A DNA stretch of 64,000 nt from a virus (Duplodnaviria; Caudoviricetes), in IMG/VR virus record IMGVR_UViG_2922696095_000003, positions 6,990-70,989 of that record, one strand, 5' to 3'. The position numbers were made by a program, and so were the translations under genes. How positions within the stretch are numbered: the stretch's first letter is position 1; every line of letters starts with the position of its first letter. Below the pieces are notes generated by a model. That model had not been told where the DNA came from and made no database searches. It saw only the letters and a list, made by a program, of their open reading frames with translations. Shown here in pieces: positions 51,033 to 61,916 of this stretch.

Positions 51033-51570
51033 AATCGGAACTATTGCTTTGATCCGTCAGGTACGACAACTCATGAGCGGCAATCAATATAAATTTTCTT
51101 TTTTGTTTAGTCGCGAAAAATGGGAAGCTACAGAAGAACGGGCCGAGGTCGATTGGCCTAAAGTTGAGCATTGCATAAGGAAGCCTTTAACCTTGTGTGG
51201 GTAGAAGGACTGACGGAGGAAGTATACGAGAATGTAGACAAAGAGGGCATTAAGGAGTTGGATGGCCTCTTAGAACGATTTCTATAAGGAGTTGTTTCCA
51301 CCTGATGAAGATTATGAGCCTACGACGAAGAAGAGCAAGAGGTTCCTGAGGATGATCGGAAAATAGACTGGATAGAACTTTGGGCTTTATGCGTGAGTAA
51401 TGGTATTTCTGATTCAGAACGGCCTAATATGACCATTCCAACGATTAGAGCGCTCATGAAGGCCAAGAACAGAAACCGGGAATTCGAAATCATTCTCCAC
51501 GGTGGTAAGTTGGAAAATAAAAAACCGAAGAAGGCCAAGTCACTATCTGATCTAAGTAAATTAAGAAGCA
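51033..51570 (+). pseudogene. Tail assembly chaperone and extension, pseudogene copy
   Basis: High identity to ~12845-13390; 5' truncated with indels. Confidence 0.9.
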
Positions 51571-51580
51571 TCCACAATCA

Positions 51581-52853
51581 TGAAGTGACCCCTGTCAAGT
51601 AGACAGCTATCAAAAAGCAATAATTAAGCAGCCTGAAAAGGAGTCAGGTTGTTTAGTTTCTCTTGAAAGCGTTCATGGTTGTAGAAATGGATATACTTTT
51701 GAACAGCATGCTCCACCTGTTGAGCTGAATGGAAGGAATGGAGATAGAAACACTCGGTTTTAAAATTGCTGAAGAAGTTCTCTATACATGCCTTGTCCCA
51801 GCAGTTCCCTTTTCGGGACACCTGTATTCCGTATCGCTTGAGCAGGTTGGTATATTGGCGAGAGGTTGAAATCCTTGGTCGCTATGTAGTATAACACCTC
51901 GAGCATCTTGTCGCTTCCTTGCCTTTTTCACCGTAACTAACACCAGGCTCAAATCGTTTCTGCGGCTGATCTGTTAGGCAACAATTACGTTGTTAAAAAG
52001 ATGCTGAATCGCGGAAGGGTAGAGTCTCAGTCCATTGAACATTAGGTAAGTGATGTCTATTACCTACTTCTTATTCGGCTGGTCAGCCTTAAACTCCTAG
52101 TTCAGATGATTGCCAGGAATGACGTAGGGTTCTTTCTTGCAATAATAGGGTTTTTTCCTACGAATGATCGCATTGATCCCCAGTTCACCATAAGTACGTG
52201 GCTTATGATTCATATGTATGCTGTAGATTTAATTCAATTAAACCTTTACCCTGCGGTAACCGTATATTCCCTTCAGTTCCTCGTCACATGCCATGATTTT
52301 TAGCTTCATAGCTTCATCTTCCCGCTGTTTGGGTGAAACAAACATCTTTCATGTTATCCACTTATAAAAACCACTTTTGAACACTCGGGCCAGTTTATAT
52401 AGTAGTACTATGCTATGTCCCTAACTAAGCAATTCTTGGATCACCGCAAACTTTGTACTCTTGGGTACAGCCTCCATTCCTCCGTTGACATCTGCAAGAG
52501 CTTTTTTAGCATTTCATTTTCTGCTTCGAGGCGTTTCAGCTTGACCTCCGGATCTTCGGGGCGTGTTCGAGGTCTGCCGATGCCTGGCCCTTTTGCTATG
52601 TCTCGTTTTCCTCTAGATCTTTCATTCCCTCGGCTTTAAAGTGTCTCGCCCATCGGCGAACCAGCGAAGCGTCAATCTCCATTTCTCGTGCCACGTTTTT
52701 ATATCCGATTCCCTTTTTGAGGTACAGATCCACTGTCTTTATCTTGAAGCTCACATCGTAAGTTTTTCTTATTTCTCCTATAAAAAAATCCCCTCCATAA
52801 TAGACAGATTAGATGGCTTGCTCTTTTCTGTCTACTATGAGAGGAACATATCA
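51581..52853 (-). mobile_element. Degenerate IS3-family (IS150-like) element
   Basis: 26-bp imperfect terminal IRs ending agtagacag; SRKGNCWDKACIENFFSNFKTE; fragmented orfA/orfB. Confidence 0.85.
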
Positions 52854-52921
52854 CACTTGGAGAGGTTTTTACTTTTGTACGAATGAAAGGAGCCAATTGG
52901 GGGCCAGTGCAAGCCTAATAT

Positions 52922-53170
52922 ATGTATATCTCAGATTGCGAAAACATGAGAAAAGGAAATAATATGATGAAGCGAATCGGAGTTTTTTTATTGATATCAC
53001 TGCTGCCAGCACTCGCTATTTTATTCGTATGTGGTTTCCATATAAGCGGATTGATTTTACTTTTTTCATTGATCTTACTGGCATACATGTATGTGCTTAT
53101 AAATGAACAGATTCATTTTGCTCAATACGCAAAGTCCTCTATGGAAAGATTTAATCGTGACGTAGAATAA
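52922..53170 (+). CDS. Small 2-TM membrane protein
   Basis: Hydrophobic ORF; start may be the later MM. Confidence 0.5.
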   Translation: MYISDCENMRKGNNMMKRIGVFLLISLLPALAILFVCGFHISGLILLFSLILLAYMYVLINEQIHFAQYAKSSMERFNRDVE

Positions 53171-53304
53171 TTTTCTTCTTGTAACTATAATAAGTGGTTT
53201 CAACAATGTTCCTAACTACCTCGGCTTGTTTAGAAATTACAATTTTCTCCGGGATATATACCTCCACCAGGGCCTAATAGTTTTGTCTGGCAGTTGGAAT
53301 CATT

Positions 53305-53474
53305 TTACAGGTAAGACAGGTCGAAGAATTAAGGTTGATTCATTCGGACTTGTGGCTTATGCCTTAACAGGACAAGAGACCATTTCTTTAGGTCGAAGAG
53401 GTTCGGGTGGTAGCTTAATGCTCTTGGGTCGTAGAAGTCCTGTAGGTGGGGGTAGCAGTTCATGTTCAACATAA
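53305..53474 (+). pseudogene. Remnant of tail spike C-terminus
   Basis: TGRRIKVDSFGLVAY...ETISLG matches EGRRIEINSNGLTAY...ESISLG of 23364 gene; ends GGGSSSCST*. Confidence 0.65.
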
Positions 53475-53539
53475 TTGTTTACGACAATATCTTCCAATGG
53501 TAATATGAGAACGAATAAACCGTTAGCGGAGGCATTTAG

Positions 53540-54133
53540 ATGAATAAAAAGATGTATATGTTTATAGGTGCTTTACTTGGAGTACTGCTAGTTACTTCTG
53601 GTGGAGCTGCGGCAGATCAAGTAAAATCACTAGTTGGGAAGACTGTTGCAGGGGAATACAATGTGAGAGTAAATGGAACAACATTGTCTGAAAACGCTAT
53701 TGCCGTCGATGGTACAGCGTATGTACCTTTGCGTTCGATCTCAGAATCTCTGGGGGCGAACTTAGCGGTGAAGAGGAAAACTATTGAAATTGCAACAGGA
53801 ACTCCTTCTTCTAATGTGGTTGTTAAAGAGCAGTCACAAGCAATAGCTTTGAAAGATAACCCATATACCAATTGGTCCAAGGAACTAATTGTAAAGCACA
53901 TTGGAACTGTGGAAGAATTGATCGAAATACTTAATAATAATATTAAAAAATATGAAAAGTCATTGACTGACATCGATAGAAAAATAGGTGCGGCGGGCGA
54001 CGATCAAAGACTTATTGAGCGCATTGAAAAAAGCGCCACTAAGACAAAAAAGGAATTACAAGAATCCAAAGACAGTTTATTAGAGCATAAAAAAGAGCTA
54101 GAACAACTTAAAGCAGCATTAGCTACTAAATAA
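53540..54133 (+). CDS. Near-identical copy of secreted protein 26190
   Basis: Only a few substitutions over 197 aa. Confidence 0.85.
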   Translation: MNKKMYMFIGALLGVLLVTSGGAAADQVKSLVGKTVAGEYNVRVNGTTLSENAIAVDGTAYVPLRSISESLGANLAVKRKTIEIATGTPSSNVVVKEQSQAIALKDNPYTNWSKELIVKHIGTVEELIEILNNNIKKYEKSLTDIDRKIGAAGDDQRLIERIEKSATKTKKELQESKDSLLEHKKELEQLKAALATK

Positions 54134-54272
54134 ATAAGTAGTAATCTAGTAGCAAACAAAAATTATATACTGTATACACAAAAGCCCTCTTAAACAGAGG
54201 GCTTTTACTTTTATAAAAGAGGATAGTATTAGACTGCTTTCAATAATAGAAACAACCTATATCTTAATACGT

Positions 54273-54727
54273 CTATTGAATCGGAACGCAAATTTCGCAA
54301 TAATGATTATTAATAAGTTCAACTGTATATCGCTCCAAGATAGGTCTGGTTTCATCTAAGCTGAACCTTTGATTATCCAACTCCAGGAATATTTCAATCC
54401 AAGCCTTTTGAACAGCTTCTGCTGTATGATTTATTTTAAAACAGCGTATCTTCCTCCACTAATGTTGCTTAGACTTACTTCATCAGTATTAACACAGTAA
54501 TCATCAGAAAGAACCAAACATGCATCGTAGCGACAATTTTCTGGCTTCACAAATGCAGGATTATCTTGGGCAATACCAAGGATAATAGACGTATTATTAA
54601 ATAAATTATTCGATTTAACCCAACCTTTAAATTTCTCCATTATTTGTGAATTTGCAATTCCATAAGGACCAATCTGTCTCATGTATGCAATTCTACAAGA
54701 CGGTATTTTTTCAATTTCAGCCTTCAT
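54273..54727 (-). pseudogene. GyrI-like small-molecule-binding protein, frameshifted near 54435
   Basis: IAYMRQIGPYG...CRYDAC...GGRYAV; continues NHTAEAVQKAW...CEICVPIQ* in another frame. Confidence 0.8.
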
Positions 54728-54908
54728 ATTTTCTTCTCTTTCTTTTTAAAGTACATCGATGTCTGAAACCATCTTATAATGCTTTAAAATGATAAACAAC
54801 TCAATTTAAAAATAGTCAAATTAGCGCCTAATACCCAAAGAGAAGACATATGCGCCTTCTCAACAATGTGTGAATGATAGTGGAGATATTTCTTTAATAA
54901 TAAATTGG

Positions 54909-55712
54909 TTACTGTATGACGATTAAATAGAAGAGAGCTGCTAAGACAAAACGGTATAGGGCAAACCATTCCAATCCGAGTCGCTTAATTAGTTTGATGA
55001 ACGTCACTACTGCAATCATCGCCACAAGAAAGGATGTCGTAAAGCCAATTAACATTAGATAGATATCGTCAGAATTTAGCAACTCGCGACTATCGTACAA
55101 ATCCAACAAGCTTGCACCAAACATAACAGGTACGGAAATAAGGAACGTAAAGTCTGCGGCGGCTTTTTGGCTAGTGCCAAGTAAAAGGCCACCTGAAATC
55201 GTCGAACCCGATCTCGAAAATCCCGGCCACAAAGCCAAACATTGGAACAGGCCAATCCCGAAAGCCTGTTTATAATTAATCCCATCAATCGTATCAGTGG
55301 TTTTAGTTCTCCTACTCCGTGCTGCGATAATCATCAACAAGCCACCGGCAACTAAACCGATCAAGACGGGAGTTGGGCCGAATAATTGGCTTTTTATTGT
55401 GTCCTTGAAGAGAAGATATACGATTAATGCTGGTAACATAGCCAAAATCATATGAATTACATTTAATCCTTTACTTTGGGAAAAATCCATTCTAATCAGA
55501 TTAGCCCCAATCTCCAAATATCTTTTCCAATAAAGAATTAGAACTGCCATCACTGCACCTAACTGTATAACAATTTTAAAAGTTATTGCAGCGTCACCAT
55601 CAAAGCTAAGCAAATTGCCTGCTAAAATAAGATGTCCAGTAGACGATACCGGTAAAAATTCAGTTAAGCCCTCTATTATGCCAAGTATTATTGCTTTGAT
55701 TACATCAGTCAT
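54909..55712 (-). CDS. uppP: Undecaprenyl-diphosphate phosphatase (bacitracin resistance, BacA)
   Basis: GIIEGLTEFLPVSSTGH and PGFSRSGSTI motifs. Confidence 0.95.
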   Translation of the reverse strand: MTDVIKAIILGIIEGLTEFLPVSSTGHLILAGNLLSFDGDAAITFKIVIQLGAVMAVLILYWKRYLEIGANLIRMDFSQSKGLNVIHMILAMLPALIVYLLFKDTIKSQLFGPTPVLIGLVAGGLLMIIAARSRRTKTTDTIDGINYKQAFGIGLFQCLALWPGFSRSGSTISGGLLLGTSQKAAADFTFLISVPVMFGASLLDLYDSRELLNSDDIYLMLIGFTTSFLVAMIAVVTFIKLIKRLGLEWFALYRFVLAALFYLIVIQ

Positions 55713-55804
55713 CAGTGGCTATCCCCCTTCAAAAATAACAATTCCCAGTATAAGGGGGACATTTACATATTCCCATCGATCAACATAACAATATTCTATT
55801 CAGA

Positions 55805-55820
55805 GTGACATAATTGTCAC
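55805..55820. promoter_or_regulatory. Palindromic operator upstream of uppP (BceR-like)
   Basis: GTGACA-TAAT-TGTCAC. Confidence 0.55.
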
Positions 55821-56019
55821 ATTTCTCATTTATAAGTCTTTTTAGAGTTAACCTGCCTTTTAGCCTAATGACGTATATTCAGTCTAATGCTCTATTTCCA
55901 CGAACAATACTTCTCTAAAATCCGCAGCGTTATAGTAACAAAACCAATTTAAGATATAAGTATAAAAGCCTCTGATAACTCAGGGGCTTATTTTGCGTAC
56001 AAAGAAAGGTGAGATCGTA

Positions 56020-56732
56020 ATGGATATACTTACAATTCACGGAGTAAGAGGATTTATTGATGGAAACGGCACGCCGCAATTGAATTTGGAGGATGTGGCT
56101 CGAGGATTAGGATTTACAGACAAATCAAATGTACAGAGTATGTCAAATAGGATAGAGTGAGGCAGTATTTATCGGATTTGAAGTTTTCGACAGAAGTGTC
56201 GAAAGATACTTTTATTCCCGAAAACATCTTTTATCGACTGGCAATGAAGGCAAGAAACGAAGTAGCCGAGGCATTTCAGGCCAAGGTAGCTGATGAAATA
56301 CTGCCGTCGATCAGGAAGCATGGAATATATGCTACGGATACTGTGATTGATAATATCCTCAATAATCCTGACTTTGGAATTGAACTGCTGACTAAGCTCA
56401 AGGAAGAACGTGCTGCCAGAGTACAGGCGGAAAGAACAAATGCAATCCTAATGCATGTTAACAAAACCTATACTGCCACAGAGATTGCCAAAGAACTCGG
56501 ATTTAAGTCAGCAATTGCTCTTAACCATGATTTAGGCAATCGAATGATTCAATTCAGGCAGAATGACACATGGTTGTTGTATAGCAGATTTACGGATTGC
56601 GGCTATGTTGAAATCAAACAAGAAGTTCTTGATAACGGAAAAGTGATCTATCACCATAGATTTACACAGTTAGGTCGTGAATAGCTTGTGAAAATTTATA
56701 ATAAGGAGCAATTAAAGGCATCTGCAAACTAA
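56020..56732 (+). pseudogene. Antirepressor pseudogene
   Basis: Homologue of 29042; frameshift near 56130; TGG>TAG at 56682. Confidence 0.85.
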
Positions 56733-56770
56733 AGGTGTCTTTTTTTGTGTCTGAGGGAGGTGATGAACCC

Positions 56771-56986
56771 GTGGCAAAAATAAAATCTACATTGGATATA
56801 CAACTGGATCTAACAAGGCCAATTGAAGAATTGACTGAGGTCATTTCTGCTGTGATAGCTTCGCAACCAGCGCGCCGGAAAGAAATACTTAAAGGTTTGG
56901 ATATAGCAATAGGAGATGCATTAGCCGAGATACAGGCGCAAGAAGATCAGAAAACAGACAATGATAGCTCAGGAAAAGTTTCCTGA
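56771..56986 (+). CDS. Homologue of 29824
   Basis: AKIKSTLDIQLDLTRP identity. Confidence 0.7.
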   Translation: MAKIKSTLDIQLDLTRPIEELTEVISAVIASQPARRKEILKGLDIAIGDALAEIQAQEDQKTDNDSSGKVS

Positions 56987-57009
56987 ACGGAGAGACGGAG
57001 GAAAGAAGG

Positions 57010-57461
57010 TTGGATAAGTGGGAGATTTTTAAGTTCAGCGCAGCTTTAGGTAGTAGCGCTGTGACGTATTTTTACGGTGGGTGGTCGGGAGTATTGGGGT
57101 GTTACTTGCGCTGGTCATTATTGATTATGTGACCGGATTATTTGCTGCTGGCGCAGAAGGTAAGAAGGGAACTGGACCAGGTTTAAAAAGCAAGATTGGT
57201 CTTATCGGTATCGCTCGAAAGGTATTTATCTTTGCAATGGTAGCAGTATCCCATCTAATTGATGGAGTCTTAGGCGATTCGCACCTTTTCCGGGATGCGG
57301 TCGCCTATTTTTATATGGCAAATGAGCCGCTGTCCATTTTGGAGAATGGCGGCAGACTCGGCGCCCCTATCCCGCCTGTGATCCGACAGGCCGTAGAAGT
57401 TTTGAAAAGTAAAAGTGGTAAGGAAGGAGAGAAAGAGGATGCAACAACGAAACAGCTGTAA
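57010..57461 (+). pseudogene. Holin, frameshifted
   Basis: G5 run of prophage 1 holin is G4 here (57096-57099). Confidence 0.8.
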
Positions 57462-58444
57462 TGCTCAAGGGATTGACGTATCCCGTTATCAAGGAAAGAT
57501 TGATTGGAAGGCAGTGAAGGAAGACGGTTTATCGTTTGCCTTCATCAAAGCCAGTCAAGGGAAGTCAAGGGAAGTCATACCGGGACAAAACATTCATCGG
57601 TAATGCACAGGCTGCACGAGCTGTAGGAGTCCTGGTTGGAGCTTATCACTATGTAGACGACTCTGCGAAAACGCCGGAGGATGCCCGAAAGGAAGCTGCA
57701 AACTTTGTGAGCGCCATTAATTCAGCCGGAGGCATCGCGTCTTTCGATCTGCCACCAGTAATGGATTATGAGTCCAACAAGTCCGGCTTAAGCAAAGCGG
57801 CGCTTACAGCCGTAGCCAGGACATTTCTGGCGGAAGTTGAGCGGCTTACTGGAGTACGACCAATCGTGTACACATATCCTTCGTTCATCGGTAATTTCAG
57901 CGGCTTATCCGATTACCCATTGTGGATTGCCCGGTACAGCGCCACACAGGTTCCGCCTGGCGCATCTGGTTGGTCACGCTGGGATTTCTGGCAGTATAGC
58001 AATGGCTCGGCTGGTGGCACATTGCCGTCCGGCACACGTAAGGTGGCTGGCATAGCGGGTCCAGTCGATTTGAATGAATTTGACGGTACGGCAGATGAGC
58101 TTCGGACACGGTTTAGGAAGAAGACATCCGTACCCAAAGAAGAACCTGCGATTGTTGCGGATGGATCATTCCAGATCAACGGAGAGAATGTGGGTAAAGC
58201 TCTGCTGTTTGATGGAAAGAATCACGTTCCGTTGCGCGTGCTGGCGAATGCTCTTGGTATTCCTTTACGTTGGGACAATGCTAAAAAGGTCGCATATCTG
58301 AACAATCGCAAATTGCAATCAGTTAAATTGGTTGAGGGAACTGCTTATGTACAATTACAGCCCATTGCTGAATCTTACGGAGCCGAGATTTCATGGGATG
58401 CTAAAAATAAAATTGCTGTTCTGAAAACGAAAGGGGATGAGTAA
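57439..58444 (+). pseudogene. GH25 muramidase endolysin with copper-amine-oxidase-N-like domains, frameshifted
   Basis: GIDVSRYQG, FIKASQG, MDYE, WQYS, VDLN; 10-bp tandem duplication agtcaaggga at 57553-57572. Confidence 0.88.
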
Positions 58445-58446
58445 TC

Positions 58447-59001
58447 ATGCAAACATTAATTGAAGGTGTACAACCATACGTGACCACTATTGCTACAGCT
58501 GCCGTAGGAGTACTTACGACATTCGTTTTGGCTGGACTGAACACAGTTAAAGGTAAAGCAAACGCATGGCTTGAGGCGCGTACTACGGCGGCACAGAGAG
58601 AAGTAATCCATAAGATTGCTGGAGAGGGCTTTGCCTTTGCTCAAACAGCTTTCAAGCAGGCTGACGGTGAACGAAAGCTTCAGGAGGCTTTGCAGTATGT
58701 TTCACTTACTCTTTCTAGTCAAGGTATCGTAGTATCCCAAGTAGAGCTAAGGTCCGCGATTGAAAAGGCATATCTAGAGTATAAGGCTAAGACAAAAACA
58801 ATGTTTGCTACCGAAGCACAGCCGAGTGAAGAAGCTACTCAAGCGGCTGCTAAGGAAGCTGTATCTTCTTTGGCAGCTAAGGTAACGGAGATACTTATAC
58901 AGGCTACAGGACCAGAAGCGACGGAAAGCGCGGTGCCTAAGTCGTTGCAAGAAACCGCTCCAGCAGAACGGGCAACTGTAGCGGGTTTAGCAGTGGAATA
59001 A
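58447..59001 (+). CDS. LL-H-like holin
   Basis: N-terminal TM; GERKLQEAL...LRSAIEKAY. Confidence 0.65.
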   Translation: MQTLIEGVQPYVTTIATAAVGVLTTFVLAGLNTVKGKANAWLEARTTAAQREVIHKIAGEGFAFAQTAFKQADGERKLQEALQYVSLTLSSQGIVVSQVELRSAIEKAYLEYKAKTKTMFATEAQPSEEATQAAAKEAVSSLAAKVTEILIQATGPEATESAVPKSLQETAPAERATVAGLAVE

Positions 59002-59044
59002 ATGACTAGATTTATATAGGTATATTATATATAATAATATATAG

Positions 59045-59077
59045 GGAACATACGTTCTACAGAAGAACATTTGTTCC
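59045..59077. promoter_or_regulatory. Two tandem LexA boxes
   Basis: GGAACATACGTTCT (59045-59058) and AGAACATTTGTTCC (59064-59077). Confidence 0.7.
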
Positions 59078-59162
59078 AATTGCCAAACGTTCCATAATCA
59101 GGGATCATAGAACTATGAAAATAGTATAAATTTCCTAGGTTACAGGACGGAGGCAATTGAAG

Positions 59163-60203
59163 ATGGCAAGAAAGTTTCATTATTATAATGTCGTAATAAC
59201 ACTAAACGGAACCGCAACTACTTTATATTTTTCTGATTTTCTTGAAGCAGTTATGAATATTGATTGGCATAATCGTCTTAGAAAGATTAAATTTCACCCT
59301 ACTGCCTTGTTTCATGTTAAGATGCCACATCACGATTTGGATCAGACCTGCAGAGTAGCTTGCATTGGAAAGTATAGACAGTCAATTAAACCATATGCTG
59401 GTGATATTAATTCTGATCAAGCGAGTATGATTGACAAAGATATCATTGAGATGGTTACTTTGGTTACGGTACCAATGGTAAGGACTGTATTAGTAGAGTT
59501 TAATTATTTTGGAGTAAAAGTACAGGATATTGAAGATTATCTTAATTCATTTTTCCCTATGGATAATCCAAGGAAACAATGGGCGGTTAGTTTCCTGCCA
59601 GTTGACTCTGAACTTAGTTTAGCTGACATTAGAAGATCTAATGACATCAAAAGCGTAACTTTAAAAATGAATGCTGAAGATGAAGATTTTGCTGCGACGT
59701 TACTTCGCTCTCAAAATCCATCACAAAGTAGCTCTGTGTTCGGTGGATTAATGAATCTAGCTGGTACAATTAATGAGGAAACTGACGCGCCCATAGTGGA
59801 GCTTAGTTTTGGAAAGGGCCGTAAAAGAAAAGTTGATCTAGATAGTGTGGAGATTTTAAGGCTCATTGATCTACTGCAAATCAATGAGAACGATTCAATC
59901 TTATCTTGTAAAGTAAAGTATAAAACTCCGCAAAGCAAAAAAACTCAAGAACTGGAACTGAAAAATATAGGCGTGAAAAGCGATTCAGTTCTCGAAGGAG
60001 ACAAAGCTAATCATGGCTGGGAATTCATAGGAGATAAAATTTTAGAGCGTTATATTGAAAAGGGTAGACAGGGCTCTATCGCAATCCGAAGAATGCCTTA
60101 TGATGAAGAAGCAAATATGCCTGCTTTGGTGCCTTTGCCAGGGGAAAAATATTTTGTACCAATTCAGCAAGGTCAAAGAGATGAAGATGAACAGTCAGCT
60201 TAA
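59163..60203 (+). CDS. Soluble hypothetical protein (DUF6731/DUF4747-like), candidate defence gene
   Basis: Intact; EFNYFGVKVQDIEDYLN motif; SD ggagg. Confidence 0.6.
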   Translation: MARKFHYYNVVITLNGTATTLYFSDFLEAVMNIDWHNRLRKIKFHPTALFHVKMPHHDLDQTCRVACIGKYRQSIKPYAGDINSDQASMIDKDIIEMVTLVTVPMVRTVLVEFNYFGVKVQDIEDYLNSFFPMDNPRKQWAVSFLPVDSELSLADIRRSNDIKSVTLKMNAEDEDFAATLLRSQNPSQSSSVFGGLMNLAGTINEETDAPIVELSFGKGRKRKVDLDSVEILRLIDLLQINENDSILSCKVKYKTPQSKKTQELELKNIGVKSDSVLEGDKANHGWEFIGDKILERYIEKGRQGSIAIRRMPYDEEANMPALVPLPGEKYFVPIQQGQRDEDEQSA

Positions 60204-60231
60204 TAATTAGTTATGAAGCTATGAGAGTGAA

Positions 60232-60855
60232 GTGATTTTAATGAGAACATCTCGTTGGGCCGATCGAATTGGATGGTTTCTTGAAAAAGGGCTAATCTGG
60301 ATAGTGTGCTCTCTTTTTGTTTTGATATTTCTAGGTAACAAGCTATTAATTCTTTTTAATATGAGTTATGGGCTTTATTCACTGGAAAAATTTCTTTATC
60401 ATAGTTATGACTTGATTATAGAACCTAATATCGGAACGATTACAACGATTGCTTCAATCTTTGTGGGCATCTATATTACGGTTTTATCTGTACTTGGTAG
60501 TATTAAAGCTAATTCAGTTATGGCGTTACTGAGTGATAATCTTTTGAAAAAGATTATTAAATATATTATTACTGGATTGATCGCTTCTTTTGTTGTTGTT
60601 TTTTACTCCTTTTTCGCCATTTTGATTACTAATGAGTTTATAAAATCGTTTTTTTTCTTCTTATTTGTTTTTTACATGCTTCTTACATCTTTAAGGCTCG
60701 GTATTAACTTATCTGTAATTTATAGCGTTGATTTGCACAAAATTTCTGAGAATATTGAAAAAGAGAAAGATGAAGCAGAAAAGTATAAACGTGTGATGTC
60801 TAGACTGGAAAAATATTTAGATGATCGAGAGGCAGAACGGTTTAGACAAAGGTAG
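60232..60855 (+). CDS. 4-TM membrane protein with C-terminal coiled coil
   Basis: Four hydrophobic segments; 28 nt after 59163 gene; very AT-rich. Confidence 0.7.
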   Translation: MILMRTSRWADRIGWFLEKGLIWIVCSLFVLIFLGNKLLILFNMSYGLYSLEKFLYHSYDLIIEPNIGTITTIASIFVGIYITVLSVLGSIKANSVMALLSDNLLKKIIKYIITGLIASFVVVFYSFFAILITNEFIKSFFFFLFVFYMLLTSLRLGINLSVIYSVDLHKISENIEKEKDEAEKYKRVMSRLEKYLDDREAERFRQR

Positions 60856-60958
60856 CTTAAAAGGATGTGACACCCTACTGGCTAAGCTGGTGGGGTGTTT
60901 TCAAGTGTGTGAAAGCAATATTGTATGTTTAATATTAATATGCGTAAGGGTGATTGTA

Positions 60959-61360
60959 TTGAGTATTAGAAGAGAAGTAGCGGAGGGTATTAAAGATTAC
61001 AAAACTGCGGGTTTAGCAGAAATATTTGTTCTATGCGAAATCCTGATGGTGTCTGTAGTCGCTGGTAGATGGGCTAATAGAACTTGGTGGCCAGAGGGAG
61101 AATGGTGGGTTGGTGCTTGGGTTTTTATCGTGTGCCTACTTCTTCTTTTTGTTCCTGTAACATGTCTAATTATGACTGTTGTATTTGGTCTAGCTTGTGG
61201 TGTAGCGGGCTGGATGATAGGTGACTATTTATTTGAGAATTTAGGTGCTTCTGTTGTGATTGCAATCATATCTGGAGTATTAGGGCTAATGATAAATATT
61301 GTAGGCTGTCCTAGATTTACTTCAAAGCGTTTAGCCCAAGAGTTTATTGATAAACTTTAA
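60959..61360 (+). CDS. Multi-TM hypothetical protein
   Basis: SD aagggtga before TTG; hydrophobic, Gly-rich. Confidence 0.55.
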   Translation: MSIRREVAEGIKDYKTAGLAEIFVLCEILMVSVVAGRWANRTWWPEGEWWVGAWVFIVCLLLLFVPVTCLIMTVVFGLACGVAGWMIGDYLFENLGASVVIAIISGVLGLMINIVGCPRFTSKRLAQEFIDKL

Positions 61361-61469
61361 AATATTTAGAGGGAGCGAAATTTATTCTATAGAATGACCA
61401 TAAAGTATAGGTGATACTCTACTGGCCACGCTGGTTGGGTGTTTTTTTACGTTATGGGGAGGAATACAT

Positions 61470-61916
61470 ATGTTTAAATGGATATTCACCGTACTAATTA
61501 CAATCCTATTAGCTGGCTGCAGCGTACAACAAGATGTTGTAAAGCCTACTAAGAGCGACCCTGCAGCCGTTCCAATATCACAGGTATCGGCAGACACGGT
61601 TAAGCTGGAATTTCCGTAAGACCGTTATCACGAAACGGCACAGCATATTAAGGAAGCCATTCAGGCGGGAAAATCACCAGTATGCACCATAGACCGTGAT
61701 GGAGCCGACCATAATCGTGAGTTGTCCCTAAAGGGCGCGCCCACCAAGAAGGGCAAGGATAGGGATGAATGGCCTATGGCGATGTGTTCCGAAGGTGGAG
61801 AGGGTGCAGACATTAAGTACATAAGTCCAAAGGATAATCGTGGAGCTGGATCGTGGGTTGGTCACAAGTTGGATGACTACGAAGATGGTACCCGAGTGGA
61901 ATTTATCATAAAATAG
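61470..61916 (+). pseudogene. NucA/NucB DNase lipoprotein pseudogene
   Basis: Homologue of 31731; TCA>TAA at 61617-61619. Confidence 0.88.

Noticed and set aside
51393-51602. Stand-alone 69-aa gene
   Set aside because: It is the decayed chaperone extension running into the IS end
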